Made by a program: the position numbers and the translations under genes. A stretch of 62,484 nucleotides of DNA, the filler included, from Squatina squatina (lineage: Eukaryota): the NCBI GenBank assembly GCA_031763465.1. It is 3 parts of 3 records of this genome, joined end to end, with 100 filler letters (N's around TTAATTAATTAA, not from the genome) between each part and the next. Parts side by side here need not be neighbours in the genome. Positions count along the whole stretch, not along the records: positions 28,201 to 44,324 come from JARFOE010000233.1; positions 44,425 to 62,484 come from JARFOE010000192.1; 1 more part is not named here. One strand, given 5' to 3'. The notes beneath the pieces are model-generated. The model was not told where the DNA came from. It made no database searches and saw only the letters and a program-made list of their open reading frames with translations. The stretch's first letter is position 1, and each line of letters begins with the position of its first letter. Shown here one piece after another: positions 39,107 to 51,538 of this stretch.

Positions 39107-39324
39107 CTTTCACATGTCATGATAGTGGAGCCACCGTGTTGGCATATGCGTCAAAGCACCAACTTTTGATATCTGGTGGAAGAAAAGGTTTCATCTGTGT
39201 ATTTGATCTACGTCAGCGACAGTTGCGTCAGACTTTTCAAGCTCATGATTCACCTATCAAAGCAATTGCTGTAGATCCAACAGAGGAATACTTCATTACT
39301 GGATCAGCCGAGGGTAACATGAAG
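39107..39324 (+). CDS. DMXL1: DMXL1 penultimate exon (WD40)
   Basis: ttccag|(A)FTCHDSGATVLAYASKHQLLISGGRKG...HDSPIKAIAVDPTEEYFITGSAEGNMK|gtattg. Confidence 0.95.
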
Positions 39325-40339
39325 GTATTGGTGATATATAAAATATCATTTGTCAATTTAAAATAAAGTTGACATATGTTAGTCCTAAATAAATCTAAGT
39401 ATATTAAGCCAGTATTCAACATGTGTAACTATAAATATTTTTCTATGCAAAAGCAGGCAAACTTAAAGTATCTATGTATTTACTGGAGAATAACTGAAAA
39501 TATGTCAGTACCTGTAACCATGTTTAGGGCAGCATCAAAATAAATGCTGCATTTTATAGATGACGTGAAGAGATATTTCAATCCATTGAGCTTGCTCCAT
39601 GTTGTGGATCAATGCTTCAGTCAACCATTATCCGTTCATAAATTTCAGTGATCACTAAACTTCTCTTGACCTCTGCTCTGAATTTCATGTTTTATCCTCC
39701 AAAGAAAAGTCTCATTTCCTTTGTGGAAAAGCTCTACAGACCCAGCATTCACTGTGACATAGGGCAATTATTAATTTATCCCATGGGCTTCTTCCAGGTG
39801 ACAAGTTTTTCCTTCTTTCACTTCATCTCCTGGCTTCATAAATTACCTTCTCGAATAGTCATTTTGGTAAAGGACAATTGATTTTAAAAAGATGTGACTC
39901 GGCAATGTTGCAATTTCACTGTGATGATTTTGGAAAGGATATGTACTTTTGATGAAGCTCCAACAAATGGGATCATAAAATGTTGGGCTGTGGGTTGGCA
40001 TCTACAATCCAATCTTGAGTTTTGGTTTCAGCCTCATTGCTTTGAGGGAGTATTAATCATAGGCAAGCACTTTACCACAATTAAATGAAAAATTAAAGTG
40101 AAAATCATCACTGGCCTCCTTCCCTACACCTCCTTGCCAACTAAGAGGATGATTTACAGAGAGCNNNNNNNNNNTGGAATAGCAGTCTTGGGGCAGGACA
40201 TTCAACTCCAGGAGATTAAAGAAAAAGACTAGAAAAAAGAATCTTGGACAGCTGGGGAGGTTTAGAAAAGTTTTTGCCCTGCAGTAAACTTTTAAACTGT
40301 ACTGACTCAACATTTATACTGATTTTCTGTTACTTTTAG

Positions 40340-40573
40340 GTTTGGAGTTTGTCTACTCACAACCTATTCCACACATTCTCGAATGAACATGCTCGACAGT
40401 CACTCTTCAGAAACATAGGAACANNNNNNNNNNNNNNNNNNNNNNNNNNNNNNNNNCATATGTTCTCATGTGGAGCTGATGGAACAATGAAGATGAGGAT
40501 TCTGCCAGATCGGTTTAGCACAGGGAGTGGGAAGTTAGATATCTGGCAAAATGATGTTAAATTCATACTATGA
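40340..40573 (+). CDS. DMXL1: DMXL1 final coding exon
   Basis: tttag|VWSLSTHNLFHTFSNEHARQSLFRNIGT-[33 N = 11 codons]-HMFSCGADGTMKMRILPD...NDVKFIL*; the ending matches recalled DMXL1 rather than DMXL2. Confidence 0.95.
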   Translation, partial: VWSLSTHNLFHTFSNEHARQSLFRNIGTXXXXXXXXXXXHMFSCGADGTMKMRILPDRFSTGSGKLDIWQNDVKFIL

Positions 40574-42775
40574 TCGTGATATTATCAGCACAGCCCATTA
40601 TAGGTTAAATTCAGATGTAGTAAAATATTTTGTGTATTAAGTATATAGCGAGCACAGGTGCCACATAGAGGGTAGGTGTTGAGCTAAAGTGGGGGTTTTC
40701 TTTTTTCATTTTAACTCTTAATGCACTGATGCCTTAAGATTGTAAGCTTAAGAATTTTGTTAATAGTTATAACTGGGAATTGTGTCAAGATGTAAGAATG
40801 AAGTAATTTTACTGTACAATAAGGTAAAATGTGTTGCTGCTAAAAGCTTTTCTTTGAGACAGGTTGCCGATATTTTTTGAAGTGTCAAAATGTACAGCGC
40901 TTTAACGAGAATCAAATAATATAAGATACAATAATTATCTTTTTTATGCTTGTATTAAGAGTTTGTATATGATATAAAATTATCACTTAAACCGTGACCA
41001 TTCCTTGTTTTTGCCTTGGGAAGCCCCTGAAATACAAGCTATAAATACTTAGTTTTTGCATAGATTCTTCATACAGGAGAATGTAGCTGGTGTTCCAGGA
41101 GTTTGTGGCAAGGGAGAATAAAAATAACTTGCACAGCATCTTACTATAAAATGGAAGGTACAAATGTAAAAATATACTTTTGTCTTAAGGTAGAGGTGTA
41201 AATGAGATCCACGAAAGTTTAAATGTTTCTTCCAACAAGACTATAATATCTAAATTAATTTTTATCTCTCTCTCCTTGTGTGCGAAAGTACACAGCCCGA
41301 GGGGACAGCAAGCAGCCTCTACTGCCAGTGCCACTTTGTATCAGTCCAATAATGAGTGTACTGCAGTCGAGCCAAGAATACTCAGNNNNNNNNNNNNNNN
41401 NNCAGCATCTGAATTTACCAAGGTGTGGGGAATCATGGACACACAGCTGCATCTTACACTCCATTATGCAATGTGTTGATGTGACAGCAAATTGTTTTAA
41501 AACTTTCTTTGGCCTAAACTGTGGTGTCGTGAATGCTGTTAGTAAGATGTTGGAAAACCTTTTGATTGCTGCATTAAGACAGTAAAATCTACATTGAACA
41601 TTTATCTTGTGAAACATTCTAGGATGGAAAGAGTTAATATCCAAAGTTGTTCAGTTTTAAAAAATCAGAATTGTATCTTTTATATGATCAAATGTTTAAA
41701 TGCAGTACTTGATGGAAAATAAGCCAAAACCAAACTAAATGTTGTAGCTTTCCTTTCTGTAAACAAGAAAAGTTGAAGTAAAAGTTGCATATTTATAATC
41801 TGATAACTGATTATCCTTTGATGTGACTAAATGTAGATAGTATTATGGAGTGATCATTTCTTTTAAGACAAATTTTGAGCCAATATCCTCAACCCAAGCT
41901 TTTAGTATTTACCTTTGCTGCATATGTTACTGTTCCCTATGATCAGCATTCCTGTTCTCAAACAAAAGCAAAAATTCCACACTTGTGAATTTTTTTTTAG
42001 TGCTTTTTGAATGTTTCCCATTGCATGCCACATACCTGTAGCAAAGAGGGCAGGGTTACAATTTTCTCCTAGACTGACATCACCATTCCTGTGCTAGCTA
42101 ATAGACATGTACAGAAGTGGCCCAGGATTACTTGGCCATCCTTATCTTATTTTCATTCCCTCTTCACACGAGAAGTATTTAGCGTTGGCAGTTTGTATTG
42201 ACGGAGCTGACTGAAATCAGGTATTCAACATATTGGAAAACATATATCTGAACCTTTACTGTACCAATTTATCCAACAAATACACAATGTTACTAGGTCA
42301 CTTTTATATTTTAAAAAATTGCAGATCCGAAAACATTATGGTAAATTACTGTTTCACCTGACATTTTTGTGTAAGTCAAGTGAACGCCCATCTTTTTAGG
42401 CCAACCAAGGTTCGGATTAGTGATTGTACTTGCACCATGTTAGTCAAACAGCAGCTACTTCATTACAAGATCCAGATATAAAAGTATACAGCAGTACAAA
42501 TTACACCTTGTACAGTTGGAAAACGTCCTTATATTCCATTAAATACAGGAATAATTAAAACTGCTTTGTAAACAAGATCTATTATATTTACTATTTTATT
42601 TCATGTACACTCAATACTGGGAATAATCATTTATATGTAAAGATCGTAACAGTTCACTTACTGTGAATGGCAGCATGTTGTTTTGTGGGGGTTGATAACT
42701 TGGGTATAGAACAAAAAAAAACATTTTCTGTATTGCTTAGCAGAGAGGAATAAAATACATTAGTTTTTGTAATGG
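40574..42775 (+). other. DMXL1: Probable DMXL1 3'UTR with poly(A) signal
   Basis: Repeat-free AT-rich stretch after the stop; AATAAA at 42749-42754. Confidence 0.55.
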
Positions 42776-43715
42776 GTTCACTTTTTAATACCTAGTTGGC
42801 ACATGCCACAGTGTGTGTAGAGTATAATACTAAGCTTGAAGTCAGAGTAAATGTAATCTTAACTGATCACAGTTTTGTGTAGCCTTATTAATTCCATTAA
42901 TTATATAATTTCTTGCTTTGTAAATACCTTAGTAAATAGGCATTACATGTCAACATTTACATTAATCTTAGTCTNNNNNNNNNNNNNNNNNNNNNNNNNN
43001 NNNNNNNNNNNNNNNNNNNNNNNNNNNNNNNNNNNNNNNNNNNNNNNNNNNNNNNNNNNNNNNNNNNNNNNNNNTAAATCGATGGTCACGTTCATTTTAC
43101 CATTTGACCCCATTTTAAGGTCGGGGCAAGGTCAGGTCAAAAATGGTCAAATTTTGAACTTCACAATCTTATAAATAAAGTAGACGCGTTTTGTTATGTT
43201 CTCTATAGGTGGTTCACACAGACGCCTCACGCAAAAACTAATACCCGATTTAGAATCAGTGCAATTCGCTTCGTGTCACAGGCATTGTCTTTGCTTTAAA
43301 ATGTTTCAGTATAATTAAAACATTTATTGATGAAACTTAATTTTATCGCTCACGTAACTGAGTTTGTTTATTTAATAGGAAACAGTATAACAATGGAAAG
43401 GAAGAGTACGGAGGAAACAAATCTTGATCATTTTAATTGTGCAATAAAATGTTGTAATGATTTCACGCTCCCATTGCTTGTCCGCGGATATTGTAAACAG
43501 CAGTGCATCACATGTTACTAATATACTTTCAGATAGCATGACCCGTAATGCACAATACTTCAAAGGGCCAAAAATTGAAGCAAACTTTCCACGGAGAAAA
43601 TTTAGAACATCTGCTNNNNNNNNNNNNNNNNNNNNNNNNNNNNNNNNNNNNNNNNNNNNNNNNNNNNNNNNNNNNNNNNNNNNNNNNNNNNNNNNNNNNN
43701 NNNNNNNNNNNNNNN

Positions 43716-44324
43716 ACTTTGCAAATGTTCTGCTATTACTCCCTTAATAATTGATTCCAACATTTTTCCAATGATAGATGTAGGGCTAACCAACCTAGAG
43801 TTACCCGCTTTTTGCCTCCCTCCCTTTTTGAATAGGGTGTCACATTGGCAGTTTTCCAATCCTCTGGTACTTCTCCAGAATCTAAGGCTTTTTGGAAGAT
43901 TACAACCAATGCATCCACTATCTCTGCAACTTCTTTTATGATAGTGACGGAATTTAATTCCTCCTCCTGCATTTTTTTTTTAGTATTAATAGGATGTTCG
44001 TAGCATCTTCTACCATAAAGACTGATGCAAAATATTTGTTCAACTCCTCTGCCATTTCCTTGTTCCCTATAACTATTTCCCCAGCCTCATTCTCCAAAGG
44101 GCCTATGTTCACTTTGACCTCTCTCTTCCTTTTTATATACTTAAAGAAGCTCTTATTGTCTGTTTTTATATTCCTTGCTAGTTTGCCCTCATAGTTTATT
44201 TCCTCTCTCTTTATTATCTTTTTTGTCCTCCTTTGCTGAATTCTGAATTTATCCCAGTCTTTGGGTCTACCACTAACTTTTGCCTCCTTTTATGCTTTCT
44301 CTTTCAACTTAATACCCTCCTTAA
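43716..44324 (-). mobile_element. CR1 ORF2 fragment (endonuclease-RT linker and RT start)
   Basis: IKEVAEIVDALVVIFQKALDSGEVPEDWKTANVTP / LFKKGGRQKAGNSRLVSPTSIIGKMLESIIK. Confidence 0.92.
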
Positions 44325-44424
44325 NNNNNNNNNNNNNNNNNNNNNNNNNNNNNNNNNNNNNNNNNNNNTTAATTAATTAANNNNNNNNNNNNNNNNNNNN
44401 NNNNNNNNNNNNNNNNNNNNNNNN
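44325..44424. other. Artificial scaffold spacer 44N-TTAATTAATTAA-44N
   Basis: Identical to 28101-28200. Confidence 0.95.
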
Positions 44425-44815
44425 TGCAGCAGAGCCACCCACGGTGCCATGAACTTGGCTGCTGCTACCTTCCCCTGATGAGCCATCTCCCCCAACAGTA
44501 TTCAAAGCGGTATATCTGTTTTGGAGGGAGATGACCGCAGGGGACTCCTGCACTACCTGCCGCCTTCTACACTGCCTAGTGCCACCCATTGCCCTTCTGC
44601 CTGTGTAACCTTCACCTGCGGTGTGACCAACTCACTAAACATGCTATCCACGACGGCCTCGGCATCGTGGATGCTCCAGAGTGAATCCATCCGCAGCTCC
44701 AGCCACGCAGTGCGGTCTGCCAGGAGCTGCAGCTGGATACACTTCCTGCACACGGTCGTCAGGGACACTGGAAATGTCCCTGATTTCCCACATAGCGCAG
44801 GAGGAGCATGCTCTG
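44425..44815 (-). mobile_element. CR1 ORF1 fragment (zinc finger and leucine zipper), frameshifted
   Basis: CSSCAMWEIRDISSVPDD / VCRKCIQLQLLADRTAWLELRMDSL / ISLQNRYTAL. Confidence 0.88.
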
Positions 44816-45089
44816 TCCTGTGACCATTTGAACTGGTGCTCTCCACTCTCTGTAAATATAAACGCTTCAAAGACATGTAAACATATCCAAATACAAATAT
44901 TACAACAGTTGTGAGTGGGAAATGTAGTTTGGAGAGAAATGTTGTTTAAAAAGATGAATAGGTTTTTGAAAAGAGATTTGGGGAAAAGGTAAAGAAATGG
45001 GATTAGGATCAATTACTCCATTTGAAGAGCTAGAGCTAGCACTGGCACTGAAGTGGTGGGCTGAATGGGCTGTAGTTTCTGTTTTACTT

Positions 45090-45320
45090 GACATGATCTG
45101 GAATGCACTATCTGAAACGGTGGAGGATGCAGATTCAGTAGTGCCTTTCAAAAGGAAATTGGATATCTACTTTAAAAGGAAAGATTTTCAAGGCCTTGGG
45201 GAAGGGGAAAGATTAAGAGAATGGGACGAATTGGATAATGCCTTCAAAGAGGCATGGCACAGGCATGACGGGCTAAATGGCCTCCTGTTGTGCTATAAAA
45301 TTCTATGATGCTATGATAAT
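45090..45320 (+). mobile_element. CR1 LINE 3' end
   Basis: WNALSETVEDADSVVPFKRKLDIYF followed by a ttctatga tail. Confidence 0.85.
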
Positions 45321-47079
45321 GCCCTATCCATTTGAGGTGCTGCCTTTAATGTGTTGTGAACCTCCACCCCCCCCAAATCTCTGCACTCTGCCACATCACC
45401 CAGCCTTCCGTGTTCAAAGTATAATGATTACTTTTACCAAAATGGACCAGTTCACATTTACTGACATTGAATTCCATCTATCACTTTTCTGCCCATTCCA
45501 CTACCTTATCAATCTCCTTTTGCAGTTTTCTTTGGTCCTCAGAATTACTATGTGTGGCATTTTAGTATTGACATCATTCTCCTTTTGTCTTCAATCCAAA
45601 TCGTTAATANNNNNNNNNNNNNNNNNNNNNNNNNNNNNNNNNNNNNNNNNNNNNNNNNNNNNNNNNNNNNNNNNNNNNNNNNNNNNNNNNNNNNNNNNNN
45701 NNNNNNNNNACTGATTAGACTCTTTTCTGCTGTTATGGACTGGACCTAAAGTATAAACAAATCCTCTTAAAATATCTTAAAGGATTAGGCAATGACTTAC
45801 AAACTGAAATATTAAAATATTACCATTATTAGCCTAAAGAAGAAAGTATTAAAACAAAGAACAGAAGTGTTAACAAAAAAAACTTAAAGTCTAGTGCTCA
45901 TTTTAATAGCTTGGCATCATCTCATGCCAGATTATTGGCATGCATAAAACTTTGATTAAAATACCTCTTTCATCGTCACCCAATTAAACACAACTTTTTA
46001 AAATGTTCTACTTGTAATTGGTACAGTTGGGTGGGCTGACAACATCTTGCCTGAGGCTACAGATTCTCAATGGTGGATATCTGAGCAAAAAGAATGTTTT
46101 GCACTGCTAACTATTACACTGAAAACCATGTCAGTAATGGCGCCTCAACAGTCACTGATGTGTAGTGATGAGATTTTAAATGTTTCCTTAGATTTAATGA
46201 CCAAAATTGGACCAGGAGTATCTAAAAAGTCCCCAGCTGAAATAAATATAATTATTCATTCATATAACTGCAATGCTGGATAACTAAATAAATAAGCACA
46301 GAGAGTTAGTCACTAGATTGTAATTAGTGGACATGCACTGTAGTTATGCTTCTAGCGCAGCTGCAAATCTGTACATTTGTCCAACAGATGTCTCTACATC
46401 TGGTAAAAATCAGATCCTGAGGAAATGATAATACTCCACAATTACAATTTTTTTTATCACGGTGGCTGATTGGGGCTCTGATCAGCTGCCATTGTTAAGC
46501 ACCAAGGCAAATCAATTCAGAAATGGCAGATCTACTCAAGCTGCAACAATAACCATAAAATCAGTCCACAGAGTATTTGATCAGTAAGAAAAAACTGCCA
46601 CCTGAATAGGTCACGATAGAAAGTTACTGATAAGCAAACCTATTTAACTTTTCATTTTGAGGTGAAATTGTAACATTTTTCTGTGTTGGGGAGTGGGCAT
46701 ATAGGCAAGTTAATATTGGGGAAGTGCACAAATAGATTCTATAATGGCCAGATTTTTGCAAGAATTTGGACACTGATTCATGCCATAATGGAAAAGTAGC
46801 ATTCTAAAAAAGAATTCCAATACATATCATGTAATGTAGGACTTGGACTTTCAAATATTCAATTGGTTATGAAGAAATACATTACACTTAGGCAACTCCT
46901 TTCGATCACTACTTTGAAATATGGTCCAGAAAGAGAGCTAGTGAGTCAATGAATCCTGTCAGCCTGGTCAGTAATGGTGTTAGGTTTGTACCTAGTAGGT
47001 TATATGTAAGGTCAAGAACTCAGAGGGATAGTAAGGTAATCCCTAGAAAAGCTTACAATGGTTGCAAGGTGACCTAGGT

Positions 47080-48015
47080 TGGGAAATGAATATTCAGGGA
47101 TATTTGACATTTTGGAAGGATAGGCAGAAAGGAAAAAGGAGGTGGGATAGCTCTGTTAATGAAGGATAAGATCAGTGCAATAGTGAGAAATGATCTTGGT
47201 TTGGGAGATCAAGATGTAGAATCAATTTGGGTGGAGGTAAGAAATAGCAAGGGAAAGAAATCACTGGTGGGAGTAGTCTATAGGCCTCTCAACAGTAGCT
47301 ACACTGTAAGACAGAGAATAAATCAAGAAATAATGGGGGGCTTGGAAGAAAGGTACTGCAATAATCATGGGCGATTTTAATCTTCATATAGATTGGACAA
47401 ATCAAATTGGCAAAAGTAGCCTTGAGAACGAGTTCATAGAGCATATTTGAGAAACTAGTGTACTAAACTTAAATAAAGGCAATGACAAAGTTATGAAGAG
47501 TGAGAGTTGCCTAAAGTGAATTGGGAAAATAGATTAAAAAGGTAAGACGGTAGATAGGCAGCGGCATACATTTAAGGAGATATTTCATAACTCTTAACAA
47601 AGATATTCCAGTGAGAAAGAAAGTCTCAAAGAGAAGGATGAACCATCCGTGGCTAACTGAGGAAGTTAAGGATGATATCAATGATGGTATGAAAGAAAAG
47701 GCATACAATGTTGCGAAGATTAGTGGTAGGCCAGAAGACTGGGAACATTTTAGAAACCAGCAAAGGAAGACTTAAAAAAAAAGGGAGGAAATAGGTTATG
47801 AGAGTAAACTAGCAAGAAATATAAAAACAGACAGCAAGAGCTTCTACAAGTATATAAAAAGAAAGTCTAAATGGGGTAGAGGTGCAAAGGGATTGCGGGG
47901 TATAGATTCACATTATTCTAAGTAGCAATGCAGGTTTAAAAAATGCCATAAAATGCAAATAAAGCACTGGGGTTCATTTAAAAAGCAGAGAAATTATGTT
48001 AAACTTGTATAGAAA
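47080..48015 (+). mobile_element. CR1 ORF2 endonuclease region, degenerate with internal deletions
   Basis: DVESIWVEVRNSKGKKSLVGVVYRP, IIMGDFN and PWLTEEVK motifs, with stops and frameshifts. Confidence 0.9.
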
Positions 48016-50789
48016 CTTATCTAATTGTCTCATCATTTGAGACGGTGAGTGGCAATATGGCATTACTGCATATATGCTTTAAAGTTGTTGTTGTGACTGT
48101 TGTAAAATTTGCTCACGGACGAAATGGTCGTGCTCAAAGGAGTTTATGGCCCGTTCAGTACAAAAAAAATTAGAGGAACATTGAAAACCACCACCTCAAA
48201 GTCATGCACCANNNNNNNNNNNNNNNNNNNNNNNNNNNNNNNNNNNNNNNNNNNNNNNNNNNNNNNNNNNNNNNNNNNNNNNNNNNNNNNNNNNNNNNNN
48301 NNNNNNNNNNNTGGCTGGCCTACCGCTTGATGTCAGGTCTGTGAACCGCAGCCAGACCCGCCACTTTGGAAACTGACAAGGAGGTGGGTAGAACGGGATC
48401 CCGCCCTGCTGTCAATCACGGCCATTTTGACAGCGGGCCTGCCTCGCAGGGCTGGTAAGATTCCAGCCTAGAACTCTTAAAATAAATGATATGTTCCCTG
48501 GTGATTACTATTTCAATATGAATTTATTAGGGGCACATTTCAAACTTCTTCAAAAATTGTTTCATTAAACATAAGAATTAGTGTTTCTTTTGCAAGATAC
48601 AGCAAAACATTAAGACACATTTGTGTCCAGTGTGCAATTATTGTACAAAGGCAAAAGCAGTTGGAACATTGTAAACAATATGTTGCCAAAGGTTTGGCTA
48701 ATTCATTGCTTTACTGCACCAGCAGGAAGCCACATGTTTCTCAGGTGATTACTGTTAATACATTGTAATTATGTCCGCTTTAAGTTCATTCCCAGGAGGT
48801 AATGAATTGAACTGTTTTGCTTTGATGCCACCAGGAGTTATCTCTATTACCTCAAAAAACATTTGAAATCTACCATTAGCTCTTAGTTTAAGAACTGTAA
48901 CATAAACAGAATTACCTGAGAAATAATATTAAGGAGCTTGAGTATTATTTGCTTGAAGGAGCAACGCCTTCATGAAAAAGTCTTTGACAAACCTTTTTCA
49001 TTTCTTTGCTAACACACTGTGTGATGATGTAAGTTGTGTAGAAAAATGTAATTGCATTTCTTGTGTTTGATATCAGCATGCCAAACTTTTTTTCAGAAGA
49101 CAATCCCATTTATTACATTCCTGCAATTCTTACACAGAAGCTTTGAACACAAAACCAGATACGTTTTCTATATCAATATGTTTTTGTGTTTTCTCTTGTC
49201 ATTTATTATTTCAATTACCACAGGTCACTTATGCAAAATCTATACCTGGGATTGCATATCCAGATTTATGAAAGTATATTTCTAGCACTGCCAAATGTTC
49301 TTGTTTTGAAGGCTAAATTGCAGCATCACTGCAATGCTGTACTCCCTGTGAATCAGACTTTCTCAGAGTTAAAACTTAATCATTTACTCAAAACACTAAA
49401 AGAAATAATTACCAAGTAATTATTGAAACTCTAAATTTACGGCATTATTTACAACTATTTATATATTTTGATTGATGTATAAAGAAGTTGGTACTATGGA
49501 TACTAAGTTAATATATAGTGTGTATGAAATTTTCCTGCAATCCATTGCAGGTTATTCACCAGTAAACCTGTGACCCAACCTGACAGCCTCCTTCCCAAGC
49601 TTATATTTTCAGCATACACCCTGCTGCTGGGTACCCAAGAATACCATCTTGAGGGGATAGCCTGCCAGTAGTCAAAAATAAGATAACAAATTACTTATTG
49701 TCGCCAGCCATTGTGCTGAACANNNNNNNNNNNNNNNNNNNNNNNNNNNNNNNNNNNNNNNNNNNNNNNNNNNNNNNNNNNNNNNNNNNNNNNNNNNNNN
49801 NNNNNNNNNNNNNNNNNNNNNNACATAACATACGGGGGAGTGAGGTAAAAGCTGTAACCTAATCTCTGAAATCAGACAGCATTTGTAAACCTTTCTGGTG
49901 TTATTTTTATTGTTTATACATAATATAGTAGGAACAATGAACATTCAGCCATTTAGTGCACCCTGTCATTAAGCATTACATACAGCCCATTTGTAACTCA
50001 TCCTTATTTTGGCACCAAGTTCATATTTTTCTACTTTCTGATAAATCAGGAATTGCATCGTCAATTTTTCAATTGAGGTGCAACTTTGTATTTCTCTCCT
50101 GAGTACCCATTATTCTATATATACCATAGATAAGATATTGATTGAAATTTGGTTGGTTTAGATGCACACATTATTCAACAGTTTATTACACTTCAATAAT
50201 ATGTGCAATATTTACTTCATAAATCTATTGTTTGTATCGTAGATTATTCCCAAACAGCAATATCAAACATGAAAGGGCCAAAAGAATTCAAGGATGCTAT
50301 TAGACATTCATGTTTTACATCCCTAAACCTGACATGCATTAAACACTAGTGCATAAAATTGTATTGATTATCAACATTATACTTTTTTAGAAGTGCTTTA
50401 AAAACATCTCAAATGTTGCAAAAAGGCCAATTGATTATTTTGATAACACTGGGTGCAACTGTTATGGAAGTTATCATTACTTGGCTAAGACTGATAACCA
50501 ATTAATAAAACTAATTAGATTGATTGAACAATGTCAAATTTCCAATTACACTTTGCACAGATTGGATATTCAGTTTTTTCACTACATTTGTTTGACTGTT
50601 AGTAATGACTGAAGTAAAAAATAAGTTGACAAAAACAAAATGGAAATAGGAATCTCTANNNNNNNNNNNNNNNNNNNNNNNNNNNNNNNNNNNNNNNNNN
50701 NNNNNNNNNNNNNNNNNNNNNNNNNNNNNNNNNNNNNNNNNNNNNNNNNNNNNNNNNNCTGAGGACTACTGGCCAGTCCCCATCTTCCC

Positions 50790-51019
50790 TTACCTCCTCA
50801 ACCTCCCCACTCTCCACAACCTCCCCACCCTCCTCCCGTGCCCCAAGCTCCTCCCCTGGCCCTGCTCCTCCTTCTCCTCCCACGACTCCTCCTCTGGAGA
50901 CTCAGCCTCCTCCTGAACGGCCTCTGAGGTTTGTGTGGTGAGGTGAGGAAGCGTGGAGGCTTCAGAGGACTCCTTTGCCACTTGTGAGGGTCCCGGCAAT
51001 TCCAGAGAGGAGGGAATGT
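50790..51019 (-). CDS. Harbinger Myb/SANT-like gene, exon 3 (acidic, low complexity)
   Basis: gtgtctttcag|AC ATT CCC; phase 1 matches exon 2; DIPSSLELPGPSQ...EEAESPEEESWEEKEE...*. Confidence 0.65.
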
Positions 51020-51168
51020 CTGAAAGACACAATGGAAGAAAAGGCGCATAAAGGTAAGGCCGGAAGGCATGTTTGAAAACTCAAGACTGCAGAGTAGCAC
51101 AGCTAAGGCATTGATTGGGACACTACAAGGAGGAAGAGTCATGGTGAAGTCAATGCCACATCACTCAC

Positions 51169-51331
51169 CAACATCATCAGGGGGAAGCATGACAGACCCC
51201 CTGGCCACTGGCTCACCTGTCTCTGCCCCAATGATGTGGGCCACATCTTTTTCCAGGTCTGTCATCTCGGGAGGCTCTGCTCTGTCTGTATTGGGGTGGC
51301 TGTTGAATGCCCTGATTGCTGCCAGTTTTCC
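51169..51331 (-). CDS. Harbinger Myb/SANT-like gene, exon 2
   Basis: ttgtatctgcag|GKLAAIRAFNSHPNTDRAEPPEMTDLEKDVAHIIG...PDDV G|gtgagt. Confidence 0.75.
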
Positions 51332-51538
51332 CTGCAGATACAAGGAGAAGTGCAGTATGGTCTACACTTCCCTTTTAATTGTACATTTGATGTGATTGGC
51401 AAGAGGTGTGCAATGCCCAGTGTGCGCAATTATGCAGGGTTCCAGTGTAAGCAGGTCTTCAACTCTGTCAATACTATGGCACTGTACAAAGGAGAGACTT
51501 CGAGATGAGGCAGCCATTGTTACAAGACTCACACTCAC

